Part shown: positions 1-11,840 of the stretch, one piece after another | Layout: every line of letters begins with the position of its first letter | Position numbering within the stretch: position 1 is the first letter of the stretch | Position numbers and translations under genes: made by a program | Source of the DNA: Ruditapes philippinarum | Lineage: Eukaryota | DNA: 64,000 nt | Direction of reading: 5' to 3' | Assembly (NCBI RefSeq): GCF_026571515.1 | Contig: NW_026859747.1 | Coordinates: 310,001-374,000, forward strand | The notes under the pieces: generated by a model | What the model saw: only the letters and a program-made list of their open reading frames with translations | Told to the model about the DNA's origin: nothing | Database searches by the model: none

Positions 1-438
1 CACCACAAGAACCGGCTTAAAAACAATTCAACATTCAACATGAAATGGTAACACTTGTAAATGCACTTACTCAGTTCCTTTTCAAAAAATTGATGAACTA
101 AATTAAAGTGAGGGACTACTTAAAGGAAATAAACATGTATTCATAAATTTAACTTGCTCATTTAATAACCTTGTACTAAAGCTTTGCTCTGGTTTAATAA
201 TCTTATATTAACAATGATAGTGTTCGTCGCGGTATAGCAAGTTATGTGTTGATATGCCGTCAAACAAACAAACTAGCAAAGTACCTCTGGTGAGAGATGC
301 ACGGCTATCAGAGCCCTTTTGTTAAACGCAGTACCATATAGTGGCATATACATATGTACATTAATTGTTGAAAGGAATATCTAGTTAAATATCACAAAAT
401 CATATGATTTGAACATGTTTGAACAAAACATTTCTTAA

Positions 439-482
439 TGTGTGCGTGTGTCTGTGTGCGTGCTCGCGCGTGTGTGTGTGTG
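439..482. repeat. Imperfect (TG/CG)n microsatellite
   Basis: tgtgtgcgtgtgtctgtgtgcgtgctcgcgcgtgtgtgtgtgtg. Confidence 0.8.
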
Positions 483-925
483 TTTGGTTTTGTTTTACGG
501 CGCTCCAAAAAAATTATGTTAGTATGGAAAACGCATTTTGGCCTCAGGTGTTACAAACTTAAATGCAACACAGCGGGTCAGAACCACCTAACCTGCTGGA
601 GGTCAGAGATCAGAGACGGTTATAATTCGAACCCATTTATTCGTCTTCAACGATCACGCAGGAATTTAACGGTGATTGCAATTGTAATGCCTCAACCCTA
701 AAGGCCACAAGATAAAATTTGAAAAGAAGTTTGAGAAAATTGACATAAGAATGTAAGACATTGAATTAAAGTCAATTTTAAATATTGAAATTTTATAATA
801 TTTTATATTTATATTTGAACGTATTTAGGAAGACACTTGTGAAGGGAATTTCACTGATTTCTATGCCAGCTACAACATATACTTGTATAACGGTAATTAC
901 ATGAATAAATTACGTTTTATTTAAG

Positions 926-1033
926 GCATTATGCAAGCATGTCGAATCTACTATGCATGGTGCTTTGAGGGAAGAAGTAGTTGATACAAATTTCAATGCC
1001 TTTAAAGTGAGATTCATCACCGCATTGGAAAGG
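926..1033 (+). CDS. Probable upstream exon of the IR gene (ALCKHVESTMHGALREEVVDTNFNAFKVRFITALER)
   Basis: Acceptor ttttatttaAG and donor AGG|GTAGGT; 108 nt open, phase 0 matches the exon at 1374; no diagnostic motif. Confidence 0.45.
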
Positions 1034-1373
1034 GTAGGTTAGAAAAGGTTACAAATCGTTACGCTTGCTTAATGTATATAATAAATTCAGGTAGGTCTTT
1101 TTCTGTCACAGTTCCGTTTGTTTCAAACTCAATATCAGTTTTAAAAATTACTTTGATATAACAACCATGCTATATGAGACACATTATGAGTTACCTTTCC
1201 TTATATGTTCATCGTAGACTTATCATAAATATCTGATTCACATAACAAGTACACTTATCAAAGAATACCTATCATCGCAAATTATAGACAAACAGATTCT
1301 TGCTGAGTTTTACTTTGACGGTCCAGGGTTTTCATGCTTCATGTAGTTTTATACATTCTAATGATTGTTTTAG

Positions 1374-1568
1374 GAAGCGAAATATTGGAATCCAACCAGC
1401 AAATGTAAAGGTTACCATATAGACACGCTGATGTGGACGAATAAAGGGAGAGAATTCAGTCGTATTGGCTATACGGATTTTAACGGCAATGTTGCCGCTT
1501 TGTCAGACATTTTTCCAAACACAAAATACGGATACAATAGGAGATCGTTTCTTGTTTCTACGCTCTCT
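1374..1568 (+). CDS. IR exon (EAKYWN...DIFPNTKYGYNRRSFLVSTLS), pre-S1 region
   Basis: ttttAG acceptor, GTAAGT donor, 65 codons open; the IFPN..G.N.R motif typically precedes S1 in IRs. Confidence 0.85.
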
Positions 1569-4500
1569 GTAAGTGTTATATATTTATTTATGATGTAATA
1601 AAACGTACCACTTTATATAATGTGTCTTCAGTTACAAAGATAGAAATGTAAATCAACTTTAGCTTGCTATATCCTTTTAATCTTTGCAAGAGAATTTTTT
1701 TGTTCAATACAGGCTGTTATTTATTGCTTAAATATAAATTCTAAAAAGTGTATACTATGTCAAGAACGATCTAGATTATTTTATATTAAAAGGGGATATT
1801 GAATAAGGGTAGGTTCAATACGGAATTTATTGAATGAGTTGAAAAATAGTTATCATATTGTGCGAGCTTTCAGCAAGCATAATACATGTACATGTATATT
1901 CTCTTTATAACATATGCAAAACAAGAATTATTTACAATAAAAAGAAACACACACTTTTAAATTGACGTATTTTTAATGTAACGCTAACATTTAGCGCATA
2001 TTTACTCTATTTTTTTTCCATAATGCAAAAGACGTCACGCCAAATTATATTATGCCAATAGTACAATACCGTTTTAACGGTATCATAAAAGCGGCGCGGG
2101 TATATGATGTTATCTAAGTATGTGAATAAATTGTGCTTATGGCCAGTGGCTTATTCAAACTATTGCTACATTTTATATTGTTAAGTGGGGCTTTAATTCG
2201 TTTTGGATAAACATTTTAAGTGTGTGTGTTTTGTTTTTGTAAATACCATGAAACATAAGTAAAAAAAATCGGTCTTCTATTACAAAGCTCGGGATTTAAT
2301 CTCAAAGCACTTTCAAACAAATACTTCGAAAAGAGGTACTTTAGCTATCTGCTGTCAACGGGGGGCTGCTGCTGTTACTTTACATTTGGGATATATTTAG
2401 TTTTTTTTATTTGTTTCAGTACGCACCATTTGTGATGAAGAAACTAGTAAATAATACCTATGTTTACGAAGGATTCTGTATGGACTTGTTGAACGAGCTA
2501 GCCAGCAAGCTGAACTTTACGTAAATATACTAAATTACAAGGATTAGTCATTATGCATATTCTTTATTTTCACTCTGTTCCTGCTTATCGAATGTTCGCA
2601 TGTTGAATACGCATCGTTAGTATTCATCAGGAAGATCATGAATAAACTATAAACAAACCTGACATAAGTACAGAATTATCTTAACATGAACTTATTTTAA
2701 ACGTTATTGTTAAAATTATTAAAATATAAAATCATTAAATATTATAATTATTTGACGGAGTGTATTTTAATGTTGTAAGCAATTACTCTTTCGTGTAGGT
2801 ATGACCTGACTGAACCAGCCGATGGCAAATGGGGAGGCTTAAGCCATAAAGAGAATTTAACTTTCAATGGTCTAGTCGGTCAGTTGCAGAGAGAGGTTAG
2901 TTTACTTAATGAACAACCTTTAAAATATTCCTATATATCTATCTAAAACCTTGTTAAATTCCAAACATTCAAAACCCAAACAAACAGCCCTAACTTGGTT
3001 TTTAAACTTTAGCGTGCTAATTGCAACTGGTATTTCCCAACTTGTACAGACCAAAATCTTGGTTTGCAACATCCATTATTATGTCAGCATCTATTAGGAA
3101 AACCCCCTTAAAGAAATTCATTGTATAGTCGGAATTTAAATATGTACAAGTCCATTAAAGATTTTTAAGATAGTGCGGTGAGGTTAAAAATTCCATTATA
3201 AGAGCCACATGTATTCAAATAATTATGAACGTTACGATTATGTTAAGATTTCGACCTCTGCTGTCAAGATTGTACTGAAAACGAACAAACAGTAAAAATT
3301 AAAATTTTCCAAAGATTGTTAAACATCAATTGTTAATGACATTACGTTATATAGAATACTAGGTCCGACCAATCATTAACAACGTTACGTACATCAATCA
3401 TCATGTGTAATTTACAGATTAAGACAGTGTTTTCTTTCTGTCAAAAATACAAGGATAAATTAAAAACGTGTATTTTTTTCCTGTGTACTTACCTGCTTTA
3501 CCAAAAAATCTTAAACAACGGTTGCCCTTTCCGCCCGCTTTTTGGGCTTGTTTGCGTGAAAAAGAAAATCGGACAATTATGACAAGTTACCTACGAGTAA
3601 ATGAAAAATTCAAACTAAGATATATTATACAACAGTTATAGGGTGGAAATTTGGTTGAATATCCAGACTTATGTGATATTCAAGTACCACATTAGCCTAT
3701 TCCATGGCCATAGCCTGTCCCATATTTACTTAATCGTCAATATTTGTTTATTGTAAAACGCATTTGTAGGAACTGTTAAATGGTTATATTCAAAAATAAT
3801 GAGTTCATGTTTGCATGTTAATTTCAGGAAGTTGATATTGTTGCTGCACCAATATCAGTACAAGCAGAAAGAGAATCTGTCATGGATTACAGTTACCCTT
3901 TCTTTTATGAATATACAACGGTGCTAGTTAAAAAACCGGATGCGAATGCTACAAAGTGGCGTACTCTAATCGATCCATTTAAGTGGGAGGTTTTCGTTGC
4001 TATAGGTTTATGATTTTTTCTCTTCTCATGTGCCGGTAAAATATACATTTAATAGATAAATGAATAAATAAAATAAAAAAAAATAAATACGGAATTTATT
4101 TGATCCCGATTGTGTAAGAAGCTATGACCTTATAGACATACTTCGACATACTGTCGATTCCTTTCCTGAAAACAACCATATTTGGGTCAACATATTTACC
4201 AATATGATTAAAAATTTTATTTAAAATACCTTTTATTGTAAAATTTAGTAGCATACTAAGGGTTTGTGGTGCCCCTTTGTTCTAATTTACACTAACGACC
4301 GCTATTTAAACAACATGAATGCTGTTTTTGTAATATTTTAATGAAAATTGTAGTACTGTATCTTATTTTCAGGTGCGTCTGTGTTGATAGTTACCATAAT
4401 ATTTTATCTTCTTGAAAAGAACAATCCATTTTATGATGCTAGTTCCATCAACCGAAGCGGAAACAGACAAATAAACGGGACACCAAGAACACTAGACCGC

Positions 4501-7500
4501 TCGTTTTGGCATATATTTGGAGCGTTGTTCTGTCAAGGTAAATTGAGTTATATCTAAATGTGTATATTACAGTAATTTTGAATTACATAAGTTTGATTTA
4601 CAGTGACTTTAAAAAAGAGCACAATTAAATGGTTTATGTTCAGAGTGAAACTGTCAAAGTATGAATCTTTACAAGCCTAAATAATCTAATCATGATATGA
4701 TCAGTTTCTGAATTTAAACACAATTACGTTAGCATTCTTTTACAACTTAAGTTTCCATTGAAATGACTCATTCTCAGTTTACTTGCATTTTGCGAAGTTT
4801 AGTTTAACAGTTTTTATTATCTGTAACTAATTTTTTTATAACAGCCACACACAGAGCTGTTTAGTTGTAAATTCCCTAAAACATTTTAGAACTGTTGAAA
4901 AGAATAGCATGTACAAAGCTTCTAATACATGTATAGATATTACAATATTATCATCACCACCACCCGCATGCCAAAAATGGCAGCCATTTTGGAAATGATC
5001 ATCTTAATGGCATTCAGGGGAAGGTAAAACAGGCTATCGATAAAGTCGTGCTGTAGCTTACGACAGTCGTTAAATTGAATCTTTAAATACTGCATACTAA
5101 TATTAAACTTAATATTGTAATAAAATAATTTTTTAAAATACAATTGACCTCACAGGAGGGGTACATTTACCAGAATCTACAGCTGGAAGGACATTGATGA
5201 GTTGTTGGTGGCTAACATGTATAATTACCGTAGGCACATATTGTGGCAACCTTATTGCTTTTCTTACCGTAACAAAAGAAAAACCTCCATTCAATACCTT
5301 ACAAGAAATGAATAAACTGAAGGGAACATATAAATGGGGGACTATTGGCGGAACAATCTGGGAGTGGGAGTTTCCAGTAAGTAGCATTAAATAGAAAAGA
5401 ATGTCATATCAGTATGTTTAATTTGTTTCTTTAAATTTAGACATAATTTTTTTATATTTTTTCAACCTCAATTCGTAATGAATAACAAGAACGATTGAAC
5501 AATCAAATTATGTGCTTAAATGGGTTAACATTTCAATACACTACAATACACAGGTCTTAGATTTTAGCATATTGCATCGCCATGGCAATCTACAACATGA
5601 TATAGAAAGCATGCCATCGGGATTAAAGTCGTTCCCTTATTTTATTTTATTTATTTGATAAAGCAAGTCTTAAGCTTTTTGTCAGTCACAATTAGGCATA
5701 AAGTCATGCCTGTTATGCATAGCATTGTTAACCAGTTTTGTATCATACCTGTTCAAATTATGCTTCTGTTGTTAATATTTAACCAAATACATTAACAATA
5801 AAACGAAATCAGAATGACACAACCTTTTATTTACGTTTTCTTATCGACGTTAGTATTGTAATCTTCTTTAGCCGGGCTTTACGTCATCGTACTGGTGGAA
5901 GAAGACCTCCGGAGCCTCTCCTTGCAATACTACTTAAGACACGAACGGGCACCTGACTAGAACCACTGAAGTTCCGTAAACATGCTACATATTTTCCTCA
6001 CATGAAAAAAATCCAAAGTCCTTTCAGAGATTCGAACCCACAGTGGTGGGAAAATGGTATGAAGTCAACAGCCATAATCACTCGGCCACGGTAGTCCCTT
6101 GACGTAAGATTAATAAAGTAAGCAACACCAAGTTGCCTATATAAACGCGTTAAAACAATGAGCGTAATCTTTCCAAATGACATTCTTACATATGTTAGGA
6201 GCGGTACATGTACACCTTATGTAAAGAAATATATAAAACTATGATATGCCGTGTCCAGGCATTCTTTTGTTTATTTATGAAGTCTTATGTTAATTAGATT
6301 CTTGACAGACAATACGATAAAATTTAATGCATATGGCAGAGGCCGTGAAACAGATGATCACGAAAATACGAATCTGCGATTTTCACTTTCTCCTTAATGT
6401 TAAGTTAGAAATTGCTTTAAAATTTCATCTTCTTACTCGAGTCTTTTCTGATTTGACTGGTTTCTGATGATTGGTAATTTTACACCTTGCTGAATTCCAG
6501 TGTGTATGGAAATTCGATATTTATACTGCATACATGACATAGATAATTGCTTGTAGTTCTATGCTCATTTTAGAACTCTAGTCATTCAGCATTCAGAGCA
6601 ACTGGAGAAGCATTTATAGAGTTCAACAAAACAGACCCAAGTGTTTTACACCTGGATCCAGATTATCATGTGAATCGAGTAAAGGAAGGGAAGTATGCCT
6701 GGATAGGTATACCTTTGCACAAAGTTTCATATTACTTATGAATAATTACGATTCAATGTGGTCCTTGATAACAAACCAGTTCTTGCTTTTATTTGATCCT
6801 ACATTCTGTACAGCAAGCCGCTGAACTATATTTAAACATTAATATCTAAAAGCCATTTCAATATGAAGCAACATATAAGTTCTTTTATTTAAACGTATTA
6901 TAGTACAATTGTAATTAAAACCATTACAAATAACACCTATCAAAGCTATGGAAAAGTAAGTAGGTCTGTAGTTCGGAAATTATTTTGTAGGGGACAAAAC
7001 ATATATAGAGATTGTAATGGCCACTGAATGCAGTTTGATGAAAATCAAGGAGGAGTTTATGCCACTAATTTATGTGTTTGGCTTTAAGGACAAGTCCTCG
7101 CATGCTGCTATATTTACAGACCAGTAAGTAATATTCTGTCCAAAATACTAATTTTCAACCTTTTCTAAAGGCCATAGAAAATAGTTTCTGCTCAAAAGTT
7201 ATTTTGTTAGCATGTTAATCCTGTCCATTCTTGCATCAGATTGCTTCCTAATTTATTGATAACGCTGTACGTTATATTATATTGCGTTCAATAGTATTCA
7301 AATAACAACCAGGACTGACTTATCATCAAATACATTTTAGCATAGATGACGTGACCTCTATATCATTGCTATTACAATGGGAATGTCGGCATCATGCTAT
7401 TAGCACATTCTCCAATCGCCTTAAAAAGCTACATATCTGCGTTAAAAGTTTTTAAGAATACTTCCATATTACCTGAATGGAAGAAATATTTCGTATATAT

Positions 7501-8286
7501 CCTAACAGCGAATGGCGCATGCAGAAACTCATTTCTATACCGTTACAGTTAAAACCCTACCTTAAATAACAGGGTAATAATTTGTTTCTGAACATTTATT
7601 TAGTTTACAGACAATTTTCGTGTTAAATAACAGAGACATTTTATGTCCCAACTCTGTAGAATCGACCAAGATTATCGAGACAACTTGATGTTACAATAAA
7701 TAAACGTTATTAAAAAAGATATAGCTTTATACCCTCTTATACATATCCTTTAAAGTGTAAAATTGTTAGTTTAATAATCCTAATACCTCATTCCCCATAA
7801 AGTACTTATCGAAAATCTTTACAAAGTCATTTTACGTCTACAATTACCGTTCGGTGATTTACCAAGCAGTTTTTTAATACAATTTTCACAAATATACCTT
7901 ATTTGCTTAAACGCATAATTTGGCTTTTTGAACTAATATTCCCCCAAAAACTAACTATCTTATAATTATGACTGACATATCTTGGTAATTAGCTTTCTTT
8001 AATTGTCAGAATGATGAAGATTCACGAAGGAGGCTTACTGCAAATTTGGAAAAGGAAATGGTGGCCTAAGTCAAGTTTCTGCGCTGGCAATTCAATCACA
8101 GAGGCAAAACCAATTTCATTAATGGATGTTCAAAGTGCCTTTTATGTTTGTGTAATTGGTTTGGTCCTTAGTATGATTGCTTTTCTAACTGAAATAGTAT
8201 TGAACAAATACAGATGGTATTATAGGAATCGCATTAACGAACGGCAGGATGAAAACATAAAGAATAACGGATCACACAGCCAATGA
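1374..8286 (+). CDS. Ionotropic glutamate receptor-family gene, variant ionotropic receptor type (IR93a-like motifs); multi-exon, 5'-incomplete
   Basis: Manual splicing gives exons 1374-1568, 2420-2520, 2799-2895, 3828-4005, 4373-4537, 5156-5376, 6574-6706, 6991-7123 and 8010-8286. All introns are GT-AG and phase-compatible, with 1500 nt open. Motifs: S1 (YAPFVM..YEGFCMDLLNELASKLNFTY, DGKWG, FNGLVGQL..EVDIVAAP...ERESVMDYSYPF), M1, pore (SFWHIFGALFCQGG), M3 (TYCGNLIAFLT), S2, M4 (PISLMDVQSAFY). Confidence 0.93.
2420..2520 (+). CDS. IR exon, start of S1 (YAPFVMKK...YEGFCMDLLNELASKLNF)
   Basis: tttcAG acceptor, GTAAAT donor, iGluR S1 motif. Confidence 0.93.
2799..2895 (+). CDS. IR exon, S1 (YDLTEPADGKWGG...FNGLVGQLQRE)
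   Basis: gtgtAG acceptor, GTTAGT donor, DG.WG and NG.VG motifs. Confidence 0.93.
3828..4005 (+). CDS. IR exon, end of S1 to M1 (EVDIVAAPISVQAERESVMDYSYPF...PFKWEVFVAI)
   Basis: tttcAG acceptor, GT donor at 4006; conserved ligand-binding Arg. Confidence 0.93.
4373..4537 (+). CDS. IR exon, M1 to pore loop (...SFWHIFGALFCQ)
   Basis: tttcAG acceptor, GTAAAT donor, phase 1/1. Confidence 0.92.
5156..5376 (+). CDS. IR exon, M3 and start of S2 (GVHLPESTAGR...WW...TYCGNLIAFLT...GTIGGT)
   Basis: cacAG acceptor, GTAAGT donor; overlaps ORF 5194..5394. Confidence 0.95.
5860..6098 (-). mobile_element. tRNA-derived SINE (MetaSINE-like) in an IR intron
   Basis: The minus strand has an A-box-like tggccgagtg and a B-box gggttcgaatc; the body is homologous to 40205-40462 (cacgaacg..acct..tagaaccac.gaagt). 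Confidence 0.75.
6574..6706 (+). CDS. IR exon, S2 (NSSHSAFR...RVKEGKYAWI)
   Basis: tttAG acceptor, GTATAC donor, RV..G.YA motif. Confidence 0.9.
6991..7123 (+). CDS. IR exon, S2 (DKTYIEIVMATECSLMKIKEEFMPLIYVFGF..)
   Basis: ttgtAG acceptor, GTAAGT donor, conserved S2 Cys. Confidence 0.9.
8010..8286 (+). CDS. IR terminal exon, end of S2, M4 and short C-tail
   Basis: gtcAG acceptor; EGGLLQIWKRKWWP..C and PISLMDVQSAFY; stop TGA at 8284-8286. Confidence 0.95.
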
Positions 8287-8529
8287 GGCATGATATTTTC
8301 AAGTGAATAAGTTTGTGAACTCCAAGTATGATTTAACACAATATGTTGTTTCAATTTGTTTGTCTTATAAAAGTGTATATATTCGTGATTTGCATTGCCG
8401 TTTTACTTGGTTGGATTTTGTCATTCTACATGGTGTTTGTATGTTATTCAGGATCGTTCAATCATAAAATAATTATAAAATATCATATTATATTCAACAT
8501 TTTAGTCATCATGCTTATTGATTTTCGAT

Positions 8530-8875
8530 AATCTGGAAACAAAATGATTCCTCGGAAACATAAATTACAACAAAAGTACATGAAAATTGTAAACTCGGTT
8601 TGATTGAGTCTGTACATGAGGGACAATGGATAAGTACAACATCACTCACGCCCGCTATCACCGGCTTGAGCGGTACTCAATTCTTAACGCTTAATAGTGC
8701 TTGCATCAATGATCCCGAAGGACCTGAAAAATGTAACAACACTGAAGTGAAGTACGAGGCAAATTTTTACAGCTGCCACACAGCACTTGACACCTGCTGT
8801 AATGAAGTATAAAAATCTGGAAACAAAGTGATCACTCGGAAGCATTAATCACAACAAAACTACATAGTAATTGCA
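8530..8875. repeat. Pair of 62-bp imperfect direct repeats (8530-8591, 8814-8875)
   Basis: aatctggaaacaaa.tgat..ctcggaa.cat.aat.acaacaaaa.tacat...aattg.a, about 51/62 identical. Confidence 0.85.
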
Positions 8876-9375
8876 TGAAAACAAGACCGATTACACTGAT
8901 AACACACAGCTGCGCATATACTGAAATTAGATCTCGAGAAGATAAGATAACTAGACCTTGAAAGTAAAACATACGCATTTTGATACCGTGATAAATCAAA
9001 TTTCAATAAGATATAAAGGTAACAGTATTGTTAAATGGTATGGGTAATGCACATTAAACCATAATTTAATGTTTGTGGTGTGAACGAATTAAGCTTAACT
9101 TGCTAGCTTATTTTTAAACTTACATTTTACTTTGTCTGCGATAGAATGCTCTTGTTCTTTAACTATTATTATCTGCAAGTGTATTGAATTACATGTAGTT
9201 AACAACAAAAGTAAAAAACTGTTTATTTTTCTTGTACAAAATGAAGGACTTAAACTTTCCATCAGTAACATGTCAAAGAGTTCGGTATTGTTTAAGTTTA
9301 TTTAATATTAAATAATCTTCAATTTTAGAGCTAGATGGTATTATCTGTACCAGATCAAATAAAGTGTATCGCTTA

Positions 9376-10042
9376 AGGCTCAACAGACGGTAGGATTAAG
9401 TTGTACAACACTAATTAGAGATACGATGTACAATTTTCAAAGCAGTACAACACTTGCATTCAGACGGTAATTCTGCATTGTAAAAAGCATCTGAGGTTCT
9501 CTAAAAAAGTTCCCACCTAATTGATCCCTTCCATACTTTACTCACTGAATTATTTTCTTTTCCCCACGAGTAATGATTGAAGCACCTCTATTTTTCTTCC
9601 TAGGAATACTTACTGCTGCTCTACTGACTGAGCTATCCGGCCGCCTACAAACTATCTGCCCTGATAAGAGAACAGTTCAATACCGTGACATAATCATTTT
9701 CGGATTAATTTGGATTCGAACATACCATCACGTTGGGTCTCCTGAAGAGTTTTTCAACATCATTTTTACCCCATCTTACTACTTTGTTTACATTTTTAGC
9801 CCTAATTATTCTGGAATTTTATTCATTACACCCATTATCAGGAGATAATTGGGCAATCTGTTACTTGTCATTGCGGGAAGTCTGTACGACAAGATTTTCA
9901 AAATAGAACATGTCCTATCCCTTACATCTAGTATTAAGGTTTACGAATTCAAGAAATAGTAGCCTTGTCACATTAAGATTTGCTTGTACATCTTAGTTTT
10001 AATTGATGTTGTTCTTCAAAATCCTACCGTCTGTTGAGGCCT
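9376..10042. mobile_element. MITE with ~22-bp TIRs (PIF/Harbinger-like termini)
   Basis: aggctcaacagacggtaggatt ... aatcctaccgtctgttgaggcct, TA-rich flanks, no transposase. Confidence 0.8.
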
Positions 10043-10771
10043 ATACAGAGTATTGTAAGATTTTTAACTTCTATATAATGACAAGAATAAGCTCCTAAAC
10101 CCGTTCACACGATTTAAGCAACTGAATAAAAAAACAGAAACAAACAAAATAAACACTATTCTCAATAAATATCTTCTTAAAAGGGCCATGTGGCTCAGTT
10201 CTTTTTTGCTGTCAAGTCTGAGTTGAATTGGTAAAATATTTCAAAAGATTGACTTTTATAATGGCGATAGACCGATAATTTATAATGAAAAATGTTTACA
10301 ATACGAAAAAGGACCTAAATTATAATAACAAAAACTACCCTATTCATCTAAACGAAACATTCTGAATTATTTATAGACTTTTCCTTTGGTCACGTGGATT
10401 ATTGATTCATTTTTCATTGTAAAATTTCGGTATAATACTGAACACAATTATGGAAAATGTTATTTTAATTTTCGCCCGTACATTGTTCATTTGAACTAAG
10501 ATAGGCATAATATCTCTTAAATTGAAACATTCTTCGACTAAGTTTTAGTTTAATGATATTGTCTTTAACAAAGATTCATACAATTTTGTTTTTATGTTTT
10601 GCAAAACTTTTGCTATTCTAATTTGAAATAAATTAAATAAGAATAGACTATATAAAATAGAATTTAAGTATAAAAACGTCTTGAAAATATATGAGTTCAA
10701 TTTTTCTGCTTAAGTCGGTCAATTACAGACCTTGATTCACTCATATTTTATTGATAACTACGTGTTGTACT

Positions 10772-10774
<3 letters not shown>

Positions 10775-10802
<28 letters not shown>
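10775..10802. repeat. (TA)n microsatellite
   Basis: 14 TA units directly before the CAGT terminus of the next element. Confidence 0.95.
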
Positions 10803-10805
<3 letters not shown>

Positions 10806-11692
10806 TAAATTCTCTCTATTAAGACCACTAACGGGTCTGACTCAAAGTGGTCTTAATAGTGAACTGGTCTTAATAGTGAATAAGTCACTTTAACAGCCGA
10901 CGAAGTCCAACTAAACTTAATGTATATCTTGTATAGTTTTATGCACATGGTAAATGTACTTAATTAAATGAGTAAAAAGAAACACATTTTTTTTTAAATA
11001 AAAAAAATTTTAATGCATGATAATAATTATTATACTGTACATCATTAATATGATGAAAACATTAATTTACGACTTCCACTTTAGAAGAAAAATATGAGGT
11101 ATTAATATGTATGACTCTCATTATGATTTATACATTAATTACATATCGAAATAAAGCACACATGAACTGATAATTTGGTGTAATTAGCAATTTTTACCAT
11201 ACTTGCTATAAATTGTGATGCACAACAAACAATTTTACGTGCTATTTACTTGTTTATCACATCCTAATTACGCTTACAAATTAATCGTTTCTCGCACCAT
11301 AGCTGCTGAGATTAATTAGCCAGAAGTGGTTTAAACTGATCATGTTGACGCTTGAATGCTACAGATACATCGTAAAGCAAGCGTCTAATCAATTGATGTA
11401 TATTAATGACCTCATTTGACCCGGTGTATTTGTTTACGCCAGAGGGAAGATTACGACAATTAATTTGGGGGCAATAAACACCAAGTGATGTCTGGCCATT
11501 ATGTTGCATGGTCGTAATACAGGTTAATGTTTTGATAAGAAATACACACAAATGTCTGACAGAAGTGGTCGTTATGCCGGATTAGAGACGTGGTCGGTAT
11601 TCTGGTCATTTTTCTCATTAAATAAAGAAGGCAAATATTTTGTACTTTTAAAAAGTGCCCGTAATAGCGGCGTGGTCCTATTTGTGGCGTGG
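10803..11692. mobile_element. Non-autonomous Tc1/pogo-type DNA transposon inserted in (TA)n; right end lost in the gap
   Basis: TA|CAGTAAA start; subterminal repeats attaagaccact and tggtcttaatagtgaa x2; gtggtc repeats again before the N-gap. Confidence 0.65.
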
Positions 11693-11840
11693 NNNNNNNN
11701 NNNNNNNNNNNNNNNNNNNNNNNNNNNNNNNNNNNNNNNNNNNNNNNNNNNNNNNNNNNNNNNNNNNNNNNNNNNNNNNNNNNNNNNNNNNNNNNNNNNN
11801 NNNNNNNNNNNNNNNNNNNNNNNNNNNNNNNNNNNNNNNN
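11693..11840. other. Assembly gap
   Basis: Run of N. Confidence 1.

Noticed and set aside
438-701. 87-aa ORF
   Set aside because: Begins in a (TG)n microsatellite; no recognisable domain
6020-6098. tRNA gene
   Set aside because: The A and B boxes belong to a SINE head; no complete cloverleaf
9573-9848. Hydrophobic 91-aa ORF resembling a membrane or secreted protein
   Set aside because: Lies inside a TIR-bounded MITE; no motif or splice support
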